A stretch of 64,000 bases of DNA from Deltaproteobacteria bacterium (GCA_005879805.1 VBKL01000053.1:93520-157519); one strand, 5' to 3'; shown: positions 8,145-18,642, counted from the first letter of the stretch. Made by a program: numbers and translations. Notes: generated by a model from the sequence alone, not told the origin.

Positions 8145-8618
8145 ATGCCTCCCAAGTCCACCACATCCGCCGCTTGCGAAACCACCCGGGGTTACCTGCA
8201 CGATTGCACGGTGACTGGAACACACCGCAACGGCATCCGTGTGCTCGTAGTCGACGATCAGGCCTCCATCCGCCTACCGCTCTGCGACGAGCTGGGCGAG
8301 GCCGGGTTCGCGGTGAGCGCCGCCGCCAACGTCGCCGACGCGCTCTCTGTCGCCCGCGCGCAGCAGCCACAGGTGGTCGTCCTCGACCTGCTCCTCGGCA
8401 CCGAATCGGGACTGGACGTCGCGCGCACGTTGCGCGGCGAGCCCGGCGACAACCAACCCCTCATCATCGCCCTGTCGGGCCACACCGGCTCGCGTTTCGT
8501 GCGTGGCGCGGGCGAGGCCGGTTGCGATTTCTATCTCGCCAAGACCTCCTCGCGCGCGGAGTTGATCGCCGCCATCGATGGCCTGTTGGGCCTGTCGATG
8601 GCATCGTCCCATCCTTGA
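8145..8618 (+). CDS. stand-alone response regulator receiver protein (CheY-like)
   Basis: IRVLVVDDQ...VVVLDLLLGTESGLDV...LIIALSGHT...FYLAKT supplies the acidic pocket, phospho-Asp, S/T and K positions. The true start may be downstream of 8145. Confidence 0.8.
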   Translation: MPPKSTTSAACETTRGYLHDCTVTGTHRNGIRVLVVDDQASIRLPLCDELGEAGFAVSAAANVADALSVARAQQPQVVVLDLLLGTESGLDVARTLRGEPGDNQPLIIALSGHTGSRFVRGAGEAGCDFYLAKTSSRAELIAAIDGLLGLSMASSHP

Positions 8619-9952
8619 ACCTCGGACGGACCTCCGGCGCCCCCGAACGCGCGCTCGTCCGCGCCGTCGGTATCGTGGGGCTCGCCGCCGGGATCGTGAA
8701 CGTCACCATCGGCGGCGGGATCTTCCGCCTGCCGAGCGGCGTCGCCGCCCTGCTCGGCGCGGCCGCCCCCCTTGCCTATATCGTTTGCGCCGCCGCCATG
8801 GCGCTCGTCGTCCTCTGCTTCGCCGAGGCGGCAAGCCGCGTCTCGCTGACGGGCGGCGTGTACGCGTACGTCGAGGTGGCCTTCGGGCCGCTGGTCGGCT
8901 TCGTCACCGGCGTCCTGCTCTGGGTCGGGCTCACCTCGGCGCTCGCGGCAGTGTCCTCGTTCTTCGCCGATTCCATCGCTGCGCTCGTCCCGGCGCTCGC
9001 GTCCGCGAATGCTAAGAGAGCGGTGATCCTCGTCGTCTTTGCGCTCCTCGCCGGCCTCAACGTGCGCGGGGTGCGCGGAGCGAGCCGCTTCAACACCGTC
9101 CTGACTGCGGCGAAGCTCGTCCCGCTGCTCGTGCTGATCGGATTCGGATTCCTCGCCTTGCGCGCCGAAAACCTGCGCTGGACCGGGACACCTTCTGGCG
9201 GCGACGTCGCGCGCGCCTCGCTGCTCCTCATCTTCGCCTTCCTCGGCATCGAGGCCGCGCTGGTGCCCGGCGGCGAGGTCCGCGATCCAGCGCGCACCGC
9301 TCCCCGCGCCATCTTCCTCGCCATGGTGGCGATCGTCGCCATCTACCTCGCCGTCCAGATCGCGGCGCAGGGAGTGCTCGGGCCGTCGCTCGCCACGCAG
9401 GCGACTCCGCTGGCCGCGGCAGCCGGCGTTGCCGCCGGTCCATGGGGACGCACGCTCATCCTGGTCGGCTCCTCGCTCTCGATGTTCGGCTACGTGAGCG
9501 GCATGACGCTTTCGGTCCCCCGCATGCTCTTCGCCTTCGCGCGCGACGGATTCCTTCCCGCCGCCGTCTCGAGCGTCCATCCACGCTTCCGCACTCCGCA
9601 CGTCGCCATCGCGATCCAGGCGGCGATCGCCGCTCTGCTCGCCCTCACCGGCAGCTTCGAGCCGCTCGCCATCCTCGCCAACGGATCCGTCTTGCTCGTC
9701 TACGCCGGCTGCTGCCTCGCCGCGCTGGAACTGCGCCGCCGCGACGTCCGCCTGGAAGGCGCGCCTCCGGTGTTTCGCGGTCGCGCGATGTCCGTCGTTC
9801 CCTGGCTCGCGCTCGCCTTCATCGTCTGGCTTCTCGCCAGTCTCCGGCTTCGCGAATGGATCGCCGTCGTCGCGGTCGCTCTCGTCGCCCTCCTCGCTTA
9901 CCGCGTCGCTCGCTGGCGCACGAAGGTCGCGCCAGACGCTCGCGAGGGTTAG
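8615..9952 (+). CDS. APC-family amino acid permease
   Basis: About 445 aa and highly hydrophobic, with about 12 predicted helices (GIVNVTIGGGIFRLPS..., FAFLGIEAALVPGGEV...). The only in-frame start is TTG 8615, which overlaps the receiver gene stop (cTTGAa). The upstream 180 aa of ORF 8072..9952 is Arg-rich shadow. Confidence 0.8.
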   Translation: MNLGRTSGAPERALVRAVGIVGLAAGIVNVTIGGGIFRLPSGVAALLGAAAPLAYIVCAAAMALVVLCFAEAASRVSLTGGVYAYVEVAFGPLVGFVTGVLLWVGLTSALAAVSSFFADSIAALVPALASANAKRAVILVVFALLAGLNVRGVRGASRFNTVLTAAKLVPLLVLIGFGFLALRAENLRWTGTPSGGDVARASLLLIFAFLGIEAALVPGGEVRDPARTAPRAIFLAMVAIVAIYLAVQIAAQGVLGPSLATQATPLAAAAGVAAGPWGRTLILVGSSLSMFGYVSGMTLSVPRMLFAFARDGFLPAAVSSVHPRFRTPHVAIAIQAAIAALLALTGSFEPLAILANGSVLLVYAGCCLAALELRRRDVRLEGAPPVFRGRAMSVVPWLALAFIVWLLASLRLREWIAVVAVALVALLAYRVARWRTKVAPDAREG

Positions 9953-10767
9953 AACGCGAACGCGATCGACGCGCCGGACGAGGCGGCCTGGCCAGCTCGG
10001 CCATTCTCCGACGATATGTGCGTAATCGAGACGACGGTTCCGGCCGCGGCGCCCAGCGCGGCGCCGGTCAGCACGTCCGTCGCCCAGTGTCGATCCGCGC
10101 CGATGCGCAACAGTCCCGTCAGCGATGCGACGGCCAGCGCCGCCGGACAGACGACCCCGTCGGCGGCTCCGTACAGGTTCAGGCGCCCATGCTGGAAGCA
10201 GAGCAGCGTCGCCGAGGTGAACGCGAACGAGGTATGACCGCTGAAGAACGACGTGTTCCGATCGTCCGGCGAGGTGCAGGCCGGCCGCCCCGCGGTGCCG
10301 CAACCCTGCGCGAAAGGCCGCTCCCGGCCGACCGCCCGCTGCACGATCGACGTCAAGAGCCCGTTGATGGCGAACGCCTCCGCGTCGACCGCGAGGAGCC
10401 GCCGGGCGACGTCGCCCCTGCCTTTCGAGATCCAGGTCGCGAGCCCCGCATCGACAATCAGCGGGTAGGCGATGAGCCCCAGCTCTCCGACGTCGCTTGC
10501 TCTGGCCGCGGCGGTGCGACCGCCATCTGACTTCGCACCGAGGGCGTCGCGCACCGGGCCGTCGAAGAGGATGGGCCCGGACCAGCGAGCGGATCCGGGC
10601 GCGTGCCAGAACGATTCGACGAGCAGCGCCACGGCGCCGGTTGCGCCGATGCCCGCGACCTCGCCCGCGGACACGGTATGGACGTTGCTGCCGAAATCGG
10701 AAGCCGCGCTCGCCAGTCCGGGGAGCAGCAGCGCGAACAGCAGGGCTGCGCGACGCGAACGAATCAT
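9949..10767 (-). CDS. PAP2-family phosphatase, exported/membrane
   Basis: Signal peptide present. PAP2 motifs: GRERPF, FFSGHTS, RIGADRHWATDV. Confidence 0.85.
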   Translation of the reverse strand: MIRSRRAALLFALLLPGLASAASDFGSNVHTVSAGEVAGIGATGAVALLVESFWHAPGSARWSGPILFDGPVRDALGAKSDGGRTAAARASDVGELGLIAYPLIVDAGLATWISKGRGDVARRLLAVDAEAFAINGLLTSIVQRAVGRERPFAQGCGTAGRPACTSPDDRNTSFFSGHTSFAFTSATLLCFQHGRLNLYGAADGVVCPAALAVASLTGLLRIGADRHWATDVLTGAALGAAAGTVVSITHISSENGRAGQAASSGASIAFAF

Positions 10768-10804
10768 GCGGGTTCTCGTCGCGCAGCTCGGATCCCGGAG
10801 CCGC

Positions 10805-12157
10805 CTACTTCGTCGCCACCGCGGTAGCGCGCGGCTTCACCTCGCGCCCGCCGTTGTAGATCGCGACGAGCTGCCGGGTGTTCCGGATGTCCTCGAGCGG
10901 GTCTGCCTGGAGGACGAGGAAGTCGGCTCGCTTCCCGGCCTCCAACGTGCCGCGATCGGAAGCCCGGATCATCCCCGCGCTGCCCTTGGTCGCGGCCACG
11001 AGCGCCTGCATCGGCGTGAGGCCCGCCTTCACCATCAGCTCGAGCTCGCGGTGCTCCGCCCATCCGGGCACGCGAACGGGCTGGGCACCCGAATCGGTCC
11101 CGAACGCAATCTTCACGCCCGCGTCCTGCAACTTCTTCAAGTTGCGCATCCCGGTCGCCCCGGCCGCCTTGGTCTTGGGCACGTTGGGATCGTTGCGCAC
11201 CTTGTTCTTGTACTCGTCGCTCTGGACCATCTTGATGGTCTCGGGGCTCACCGCCTGGACGAGCATCGGATCCTGCAAGAACGACGGATCCTCCGCGAAC
11301 ATGTAGCCGGACTCGTCGACGTTGAGGGTCGCGACGTAGAAGGTTCCCTTCTTCTTCATCTGCCCGATCAAGTCCGCGTCCACTTCCTGGTCGCGGACGC
11401 TGTGGGCGAGCGCGTCGATTCCGTCGGCAACGAGGCCTTTGGCGTCGGCGAGATAGAACACGTGCGCCGCGACCGGGATCTTGTGCTTGTGCGCCTCGGC
11501 GATGGCGGCCTTGTACATGGCGGGATCCATCTTCGGGAACTTCCCGTAGATGTCGTCCACCCAGAGCTTGAGCATGTCGGGTTTGTGCGTCGCCACCTCG
11601 CGGACGTCCTTCACCGCCTCGTCCACGGTCTTCGGGCGATAGACCTGGTCAGGAGCGACCGGGACCGGCGGGGCCGCGTCGGGCACGCCGATGCCGCGGC
11701 CGGCGAGGAAGAGCGAAGCGCCCGGCCCTTTCGTCTTCCGCTGCTGGTCGCGGATCTCGTAGCCCAGATCGCGATTGAGCCCGAGCGCCATCACCGAGGT
11801 GACGCCGTACTGCTCGTACTGCGCGAGCTGCGACTCGACGTTCTCGCGCGTGTATCCCTCGGCGCTGTTCTTTCCGTTGACGACGAGGCCGACGTGGCCG
11901 TGCGCGTTGATGATGCCGGGCATGATGGTGCGCCCGTGGACGTCCACCACCCGGGCTCCCTGGGGCTTCTTCACCTTGGCGGCGGGACCTACGGCAACGA
12001 TCTTGTCGTCCTTCACGACGATGACGCTATTCGCCACCGCGGGCCGGCCCGTGCCGTCGATGAGCCGGGCCCCCTCGAACACCGTGGTCTGGGAATCCGC
12101 CGCCAGAGCAGCCGACGACGTCACGCAAGCGAGCGCGAGCAGCAGGACGTTTTTCAT
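10805..12157 (-). CDS. amidohydrolase-family metallohydrolase, exported
   Basis: The ATG at 12157 is preceded by GGAGA. Signal peptide MKNVLLLALACVTSSAALA. Metal motif PGIINAHGHVG (HxH). Confidence 0.85.
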   Translation of the reverse strand: MKNVLLLALACVTSSAALAADSQTTVFEGARLIDGTGRPAVANSVIVVKDDKIVAVGPAAKVKKPQGARVVDVHGRTIMPGIINAHGHVGLVVNGKNSAEGYTRENVESQLAQYEQYGVTSVMALGLNRDLGYEIRDQQRKTKGPGASLFLAGRGIGVPDAAPPVPVAPDQVYRPKTVDEAVKDVREVATHKPDMLKLWVDDIYGKFPKMDPAMYKAAIAEAHKHKIPVAAHVFYLADAKGLVADGIDALAHSVRDQEVDADLIGQMKKKGTFYVATLNVDESGYMFAEDPSFLQDPMLVQAVSPETIKMVQSDEYKNKVRNDPNVPKTKAAGATGMRNLKKLQDAGVKIAFGTDSGAQPVRVPGWAEHRELELMVKAGLTPMQALVAATKGSAGMIRASDRGTLEAGKRADFLVLQADPLEDIRNTRQLVAIYNGGREVKPRATAVATK

Positions 12158-12264
12158 GATGGTCTCCGTGGGGCGACCGGGCCGCCAGGCAGGCAAATAG
12201 CACTCCCGGGCCCGGAAAATCGAGTCGCGGTACGCCGCCGGGTCCGCGATAGAGTGCGCCGCCC

Positions 12265-13878
12265 ATGAGCGCGGAGGCAAATGCGGCGCCGGCCACTGCC
12301 TGGTCGCCGCTACGGCTGGACGTCTTCCGCGCTCTCTTCCTCGCGGCCACCATCTCCAACATCGGCACCTGGATGCACGAGGTCGGCGCCGCCTGGCTGA
12401 TGACCTCGCTCACCACCTCTCCGCTCCTCGTCGCCCTGCTCGGGACCGCCTCCAGCCTTCCCCTCTTCCTCTTCGCCCTTCCCGCCGGCGCCATCGGCGA
12501 CCTCGTCGACAAGCGCAAGTACCTGCTCTTTACGCAGACGTGGATGACCGTCGTCGCGGGCGTCCTCGGCGTGGTGACGCTCTTCGGCTGGATGACGCCC
12601 TGGTTGCTTCTCTCGCTCACTTCCGCCCTCGGAATCGGCGTCGCCATGAACCAGCCGGTGTGGCAGGCGATCGTTCCGGAGATCGTCCCCCGCGAGGAGC
12701 TCGCCAAGGCGATCACCTTGTCCGGCGTCTCGCTCAATCTCGCGCGGGCGATTGGTCCCGCGGTGGCGGGCCTCATCCTCGCCGCGACGAGCCCCGGAGT
12801 CGTCTTCCTGCTCAACGCCGCGTCCTTCGTCGCCGTAGTTTTTGTCCTCTACCGCTGGGAGCGGATCCCGACCGACAGCGGCCTTCCCGCGGAACACGCC
12901 GGATCGGCCGTACGGGCCGGCCTGCGCTACCTGCGCCATGCTCCGGATTTCCAGGCCGTGCTCATGCGGACGGGCCTCTTCGTCGTCTCGGCGAGCGCCG
13001 TCTGGGCGCTGTTGCCCCTGGTCGGCCGCCAGAGCCTCGGCCTCGATTCCCTCGGCTACGGATTGCTCGTCGGCGCCCTCGGGACGGGGGCGGTCCTGAT
13101 GGCGATGGCCCTGCCGCGCGTCCGCGCCCGACTCTCCGTGGATCAACTGGTCTGGATCGCCACCGCGGCATTCGCGCTCGTGGCGTTCACGCTCGCCTTC
13201 GTGCACGTGGCGCCCCTCGTGTACCTCGCGATGGCGCTCGCGGGGGCCGCGTGGATTTCCACCATGTCGAGCTTCAACGTCGCCGCGCAGTTGACCTCGG
13301 CGTCCTGGGTGCGCAGCCGCGCGCTCGCCGCCTATTCGATCGCGTTTCAAGGAGGACTCGCGCTGGGAAGCGCGCTCTGGGGGACGGTCGCTTCGCGGTT
13401 CGGGATCGGCACCGCGCTGGCAATCGCGGGCGTGGGCCTGCTCGTCGGATTGGCCGTCAGCCGCGGTTACCCGCTCACGGGTCGCGAGGATCGCGACCTG
13501 AGCCCGTCGATGCACTGGCCCCAGCCACTCCTCGTCCCGGAGGCGCGCCCGAGCGACGGACCGGTGCTGGTCGTCATCGAGTACTTCGTCTCGCCCGAAA
13601 ATGCCGTGCCGTTCCTGGACGCCGTCCACGAGATGGAACGGGTGCGCAGGCGCGATGGCGGGATGGAGTGGTCGGTCTACCAGGACGCCGCCGACCACAC
13701 CCGGTACGTGGAGACGTTCCTCGCCGAGTCGTGGACCGAGCACCTGCGCCAGCACCACCGCGTCACCATGGCCGACCGCGAGATCGAGCGCCGCATCCGC
13801 AGCTTCTGCATCGAGGGGAGGCCGGGGCGCGTCCTGCATCTGTTGCACGTCCGGCCGCCGGAGAAGAAACCAACATGA
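12265..13878 (+). CDS. MFS transporter with a C-terminal soluble ~100-aa extension
   Basis: 537 aa. There are 12 hydrophobic segments, and the LPAGAIGDLVDKRK loop is typical of MFS. The C-terminal tail is VLVVIEYFVSPENAVPFLDAVHEMERVRRRDGG. Confidence 0.85.
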   Translation: MSAEANAAPATAWSPLRLDVFRALFLAATISNIGTWMHEVGAAWLMTSLTTSPLLVALLGTASSLPLFLFALPAGAIGDLVDKRKYLLFTQTWMTVVAGVLGVVTLFGWMTPWLLLSLTSALGIGVAMNQPVWQAIVPEIVPREELAKAITLSGVSLNLARAIGPAVAGLILAATSPGVVFLLNAASFVAVVFVLYRWERIPTDSGLPAEHAGSAVRAGLRYLRHAPDFQAVLMRTGLFVVSASAVWALLPLVGRQSLGLDSLGYGLLVGALGTGAVLMAMALPRVRARLSVDQLVWIATAAFALVAFTLAFVHVAPLVYLAMALAGAAWISTMSSFNVAAQLTSASWVRSRALAAYSIAFQGGLALGSALWGTVASRFGIGTALAIAGVGLLVGLAVSRGYPLTGREDRDLSPSMHWPQPLLVPEARPSDGPVLVVIEYFVSPENAVPFLDAVHEMERVRRRDGGMEWSVYQDAADHTRYVETFLAESWTEHLRQHHRVTMADREIERRIRSFCIEGRPGRVLHLLHVRPPEKKPT

Positions 13879-13918
13879 CGCGCAGGCTCTCGACACCGGC
13901 GCGCGCGTTTCGCTATGG

Positions 13919-14884
13919 ATGCGCGGGATGAGCGTCCGAACGGCCTTCCGCGTCGCCGCCGTCCAGCCGCCTTCCTTCGCCGGAGCCGAGGAGCATCGGA
14001 ACGCCGCGCAAGCGTGCGCGTTCGTCGACGAGGCCGCCGACGCCTCTGCGAGCTACGTGGTCTTTCCGGAGGGCTATCCCGGACCGTATTCCGGACCGAT
14101 GGAGAACGACGCGGTCGCCAGGCTGCAAGAACGGGCGCGCGCGCGCAGGGTCTGGGTGAGCGCCGGAAGGCTCGAACCGGGATCGACGCCGGACACCTTC
14201 CATATCGCCCACGTCCTCATCGACGACCGCGGCGAGATCCGCAAGAGCTACCGCCGCGTCCAGCCCAACCATCCCGTCTTCAACGCCTACCTGATGGGCG
14301 GCCGCCATCACGTCCTGCCGGGCGACGAGCTGATGACGGTGGACGCGCCCTTCGGACGCATCGGCATGCTCATCTGCTCGGAGCTGTTCGTGCCCGAGCT
14401 GTCGCGCATCCTCATGCTGCGCGGCGCCGATCTCATCGTCGCGCCCGGAGGCGGCGTGCACGGGCCGACCCGCACCCGGCTCACCGACACCTGGCGCGCC
14501 GTCGCTCGCGCCCGCGCCGCCGAGAATCTCGTCTACGTGGTCGTGACGCAGAACCTCTTCTCTCCGGCGCTGCGGGGGAGGACGTGCATCGCTTCTCCCG
14601 AGGCGATGCTCGCGCAGCGCGACGATCCCGGCATCGCGCTCGCCGATTTGGACCTCGATCGCCTGCGCGAGATTCGATCCCATTACTACGACGAAGAGAT
14701 CCTCTCGCCGCCGCAGAAGGACAATCAGGTCTACCTCTGCCGGCCGGGACAGTCGCACGACCGGCGCCCGGAGCTGTACGGGGAATTGACCCGACCGCAG
14801 CCCGATGCCTTCGAATACCATTACGAGCGCCGCGGCCTCGATACCTGGCGCGCCGAGTACGAGAAGATCAAAAGGAGACCGTGA
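13919..14884 (+). CDS. carbon-nitrogen hydrolase (nitrilase superfamily)
   Basis: The E-K-C triad contexts are VVFPEGY, RKSYRRVQP and GMLICSELF. An alternative ATG lies at 13928. Confidence 0.85.
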   Translation: MRGMSVRTAFRVAAVQPPSFAGAEEHRNAAQACAFVDEAADASASYVVFPEGYPGPYSGPMENDAVARLQERARARRVWVSAGRLEPGSTPDTFHIAHVLIDDRGEIRKSYRRVQPNHPVFNAYLMGGRHHVLPGDELMTVDAPFGRIGMLICSELFVPELSRILMLRGADLIVAPGGGVHGPTRTRLTDTWRAVARARAAENLVYVVVTQNLFSPALRGRTCIASPEAMLAQRDDPGIALADLDLDRLREIRSHYYDEEILSPPQKDNQVYLCRPGQSHDRRPELYGELTRPQPDAFEYHYERRGLDTWRAEYEKIKRRP

Positions 14885-15964
14885 ATGTCGACCGGTGATC
14901 CGCAGGCCCCACAGAACAAGGTCCAGCTCGCCGCCAGCCACTGGAAGCCGCGGTTCACCGCCAACGGCATCGACGTCAACGATTTCGAAAAGGTCCAGGG
15001 CGGGACGACGGAATGGAAGGACTGGGGGCCGAACTGGATGAAGGTCGGCGACATGCACCGCGCGCTCGCGGAAGAGGCCGAGGGCAAGGGGCGCAAGGTC
15101 ACCGCCGCCGAGGCGTATCAGCGCGCGGCCTGGTGCTACCACCTCGGGAAGTTCCTCTGGTTCGAGGATCGCGCGACGCACGACAAGCTGCGCGAGGCGT
15201 GCATCGCCACTTACCGCAAAGCGCTTCCGAACCTCGATCCGCCCGGCGAGCGCATCGAGATTCCCTTCGAAGGGGCAGTGATCCCGGGCATCCTGCGCAA
15301 ACCGTCCGATGTGAGCCGGCCGCCCCTCGTGCTGATGGTCCCCGGGCTCGACTCCTCCAAGGAAGAGCTCTTCGCCATGGAGAACGACTTCCTGCGGCGA
15401 GGGATGGCGACGCTGTCGGTGGACGGACCGGGCCAGTCGGAGAACGCGCCGCGATTCCCCATCCGGGCCGAATGGGCTTCCGTGATCGCCGCCATCTTCG
15501 ACGGCCTGCGCGACCGCAAGGACGTCGATCGCGACCACGCCGGCCTGATGGGCATCAGCATGGGAGGCATCTACGGGCCCCGGGCGGCAGCGCACGAAAA
15601 ACGGCTGCGCGCGGTCATCGCGCTCGCCGGCCCGTACGATCTCTCCGAATGCTGGCCGGCCTTGAACCCGCTCACCCGCGGCGGCTACATCTTCTATACG
15701 AAGTCGCGGGACGAGGCGGAGGCATTCGAGAAGGCGAAGACGCTCACCCTTCGCGGCATCCTCGCCAAGGTGACCTGCCCGCTCCTCGTCGTGCACGGCG
15801 CGAAGGACCGGCTCTTTCCGCCCGAGCAGGCGGAACGGATCGCGCGGGAGGCGCCCCGGGCGACGCTGCTCATGTACCCGGACGGGAACCACGTCTGTAA
15901 CAACATCCCTTACAAGTACCGCCCGGCGATGGCCGACTGGATGCGCGAGCAGCTCACCACGTGA
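14885..15964 (+). CDS. alpha/beta hydrolase
   Basis: The ATG lies immediately after the preceding stop. Nucleophile elbow GISMGG, plus VVHGAKD and a late His (DGNHV). Confidence 0.85.
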   Translation: MSTGDPQAPQNKVQLAASHWKPRFTANGIDVNDFEKVQGGTTEWKDWGPNWMKVGDMHRALAEEAEGKGRKVTAAEAYQRAAWCYHLGKFLWFEDRATHDKLREACIATYRKALPNLDPPGERIEIPFEGAVIPGILRKPSDVSRPPLVLMVPGLDSSKEELFAMENDFLRRGMATLSVDGPGQSENAPRFPIRAEWASVIAAIFDGLRDRKDVDRDHAGLMGISMGGIYGPRAAAHEKRLRAVIALAGPYDLSECWPALNPLTRGGYIFYTKSRDEAEAFEKAKTLTLRGILAKVTCPLLVVHGAKDRLFPPEQAERIAREAPRATLLMYPDGNHVCNNIPYKYRPAMADWMREQLTT

Positions 15965-17669
15965 CGGTGGTGCCAACCATCAAAAGGTGGCGATCGTAGC
16001 TGCGCGCGTCGGAGGTAGCGGATCCTCGCGGGCCCGATGACCCGGACTCGGTATCGGACCGGTTGAGGAGCAGATCGTAGCGCATCGAGAGCGAGAGGCT
16101 CTTGGTGAGCGCCGTCGACGCGGAAAACCCGCCGAACCATCGCCGATCGTTCCGGTGCCGGTCGGATCCGCCCCGCCCGTCGGAAACGAGGACGTCGTCG
16201 AAGTAGCTCCGCGACTCGTAGCCGGCGGTCACGTCGAACGAGCCGTACGCTCCGGTGATCCTGGTCGACGCCCAGAGCGCGTTCCCCAGGTATGCGAACG
16301 GATTCTGCGAGGCGCCGGCGGTCTGCAGCGACGATCCGATCAGCTCCGCGCGCAATCGGTACCCGACGTCCAGCGACAGCGACTTGAATCGCACCTGCTG
16401 GGTCAGCGCGGCGTCCGTGCGCGAACCGGTGAGGTAATCGAAATCGGAATCGATGCCCTGCTTGCGCATCCAGCCGACATCGACGCGGGTAGTGGTCCAA
16501 TCGCCCTCGTCGATCGCCGCCCACGCCGACGCGCCTGCGACCGCCTGCAGCCCGCGGAACCGCGAGACGCCGGTGAAGCTGACCTGCCCGCTCAGGGCGG
16601 CGCCGATGCGGAGATTGTCGCGGATCGCCAGCTCCAAGGCCGAAGCCAGCTCATGCTGCTGCAGACTGAGATCGGAGGCAGCGTCGGTGAGATAAGCGAC
16701 CTGATTGAAAACGTACGCGATCTCGGCGCCGAGAGCATCGCTCAGCCTCGGGCGCACCGCGAGTGCCACGTCCGCCGTCGCCACCCCGCTCGCGTTCTCG
16801 GTGGGCGAGCGCCGGGCGACGCCCTCGAAGAAGCCCGTCTGCAGGGGATCGTTGTCGAATCCCGCGGCGAGCCGCACGGCGCCCTCCCACCCCTTGCGGG
16901 AGGGCAACCCGCCGGCGAGCGCCTGCAGATAGTCGTGCGCCGTGCGGGCATCGTCCTCGTCGAGCCTGCGCCGGAGGGACTCGTTCAGGTCCGCGCGCGC
17001 TTCGCCGCGCGCTCCCAGCCGGAAGGACGACGCGCCGGACATGATCAGGCTGCGCCCGTCCGCCGGATCGAGCTCGGATGCGCGCCGGAAATGGCCGCGG
17101 GCTTCCTCGAAGCGGCCGGCATCGTACGCCGCGAGACCTTCGCGGTACTCGGCGGTGGCGCGCTCGCTTCCCTTGACACCGATGTTCGACTCGAGATCGG
17201 CGACGAGGTCCGCCTCGGCAGACTTCGCCGAGGCGCGTGCGCGGCGCGCTATCTGTCGGGCGCGCTCCGGGGAGCCGCCATCGAGGGCGGCGTAGGAGGC
17301 GTTGACGAGCGACAAGGTGGCGAGCGAGGGGTCGAGCGAGGCGGCCGTCAGATATTCGGCCTCGGCTTCGCCGAATCGTTCGAGCTCGTACAAACAGGCT
17401 GCGCGGTTGTAGTGGAAGAGTCCGGCTGCCGGCGGATCGGAAGCACGTTGCGCGAGGTCGAGCGCCTCGAGCGCTTCAGAGGGATGCCCCGAGCGGAACC
17501 GCGCAAGGGCGGCGAGGTAGAGCGCGGCGCCCTGTTGCGGCGGCTCGGCGGCGGCCGTCGCCAGCGCATCAGCTCGCTGGTAATCGCCCTGCGCGAACGC
17601 CGTCTCCGCGGCCTGCAGGGGGCCAGGTGGTGCCGCTGTCGCCGCGGCGAGCGCGAGGACTGCGATCAT
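15954..17669 (-). CDS. TPR-repeat protein fused to a C-terminal outer-membrane beta-barrel-like domain
   Basis: 571 aa with a signal peptide. The N-terminal half has TPR-like A/L/Y repeats. The C-terminal half has alternating amphipathic strands and ends ...LLMVGTTVTW (aromatic terminus). Confidence 0.7.
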   Translation of the reverse strand: MIAVLALAAATAAPPGPLQAAETAFAQGDYQRADALATAAAEPPQQGAALYLAALARFRSGHPSEALEALDLAQRASDPPAAGLFHYNRAACLYELERFGEAEAEYLTAASLDPSLATLSLVNASYAALDGGSPERARQIARRARASAKSAEADLVADLESNIGVKGSERATAEYREGLAAYDAGRFEEARGHFRRASELDPADGRSLIMSGASSFRLGARGEARADLNESLRRRLDEDDARTAHDYLQALAGGLPSRKGWEGAVRLAAGFDNDPLQTGFFEGVARRSPTENASGVATADVALAVRPRLSDALGAEIAYVFNQVAYLTDAASDLSLQQHELASALELAIRDNLRIGAALSGQVSFTGVSRFRGLQAVAGASAWAAIDEGDWTTTRVDVGWMRKQGIDSDFDYLTGSRTDAALTQQVRFKSLSLDVGYRLRAELIGSSLQTAGASQNPFAYLGNALWASTRITGAYGSFDVTAGYESRSYFDDVLVSDGRGGSDRHRNDRRWFGGFSASTALTKSLSLSMRYDLLLNRSDTESGSSGPRGSATSDARSYDRHLLMVGTTVTW

Positions 17670-18073
17670 CGATGCGGTCGGTCCGAGGGAACGCCCGGGT
17701 TGCCCGGCGGGGGGCGCGGTCCGCGCTGCCCGTCACCAGAAGAACTGCCGCGATTGTCCTGCTCCCGGGCGCGATCGGGAGTACGCAGCGCGGGCCGCTC
17801 GACCGGCTTCACGTCTCCGGGTTGCACCGGCGCACGGGTGGCCGTGCGCATCCGATCGAGGACGGTCTCGACGCGTTCGCCGGGAGCGATCACGTCCACC
17901 CGGTGGGAGGCCCTCACGCGGACCGGGCGATCGAGCTTCGAGGCGGCCGAATTGTCCGGCCGCACCGGAAGAGGACGAGGCGCATCGGCAGCGGTGTTCT
18001 GCGCGAACGCCACTCGCGACGCGCCGAGCAGCGCGACGGCCGCGAACGCGGCGATGAGGGGCGACCTGTTCAT
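17666..18073 (-). CDS. hypothetical secreted Pro/Arg-rich protein
   Basis: Signal peptide MNRSPLIAAFAAVALLGASRVAFA. Start and stop overlap both neighbours (ATGA), which implies an operon. Confidence 0.55.
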   Translation of the reverse strand: MNRSPLIAAFAAVALLGASRVAFAQNTAADAPRPLPVRPDNSAASKLDRPVRVRASHRVDVIAPGERVETVLDRMRTATRAPVQPGDVKPVERPALRTPDRAREQDNRGSSSGDGQRGPRPPPGNPGVPSDRPHR

Positions 18074-18642
18074 CCTTCCACGACCTCCAGCACGACATCT
18101 TCGTCGATACGTTGCTCGCCGATGCGGGTGCTCACCGTCAAGCGATACCTTCCCGGCGTCTGCCCACGCACCGCGATGGGAATGTCATTGTCGCCCGCGT
18201 GCAAGGGTTGCGACCACTCGAAGCTGCGCTGCGGCAATTCCTGGCCGTCAGCCCAGAAGTAGAGGCCTTCCGGGAGGCTGATGCGGATGTGGGCGCTCTC
18301 GACGGCGACCTCGGCAGTCAGGTTTACGCGCACCACCGCGACCTTGGTCGCAGGAAACTGCGCCACGACTGCCCCGCCGTGGGAACGGGACAAGTCGTGC
18401 AACTGGCCGAGGACGAGGAACACGGCGAGGCCGGCGGCGATGCCGAAAGCGGGCCACAGCAGGCGCGGTTCGGTCCGCAAGGAGGGCCACAAGCGGCGCC
18501 AGATGCCCGGAGTATCCGGCGCTCCCGCGGAGACGAGACGGCGGTGGAGCGACGCCGAGAACCCCTCATCGGGCGCGTCCACCTTGAGTTCCCGGAGCCG
18601 ATCGCGCAGGTCGCGACCTTCGCTCCCGCCGGTCGTCTTCAT
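18070..18642 (-). CDS. putative single-pass anti-sigma factor
   Basis: The ATG at 18642 overlaps the sigma stop (ATGA) and has an AAGGAGAGG RBS. It has a cytoplasmic N-terminus, one TM helix (LLWPAFGIAAGLAVFLVLG) and a beta-rich periplasmic domain. Confidence 0.65.
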   Translation of the reverse strand: MKTTGGSEGRDLRDRLRELKVDAPDEGFSASLHRRLVSAGAPDTPGIWRRLWPSLRTEPRLLWPAFGIAAGLAVFLVLGQLHDLSRSHGGAVVAQFPATKVAVVRVNLTAEVAVESAHIRISLPEGLYFWADGQELPQRSFEWSQPLHAGDNDIPIAVRGQTPGRYRLTVSTRIGEQRIDEDVVLEVVEG

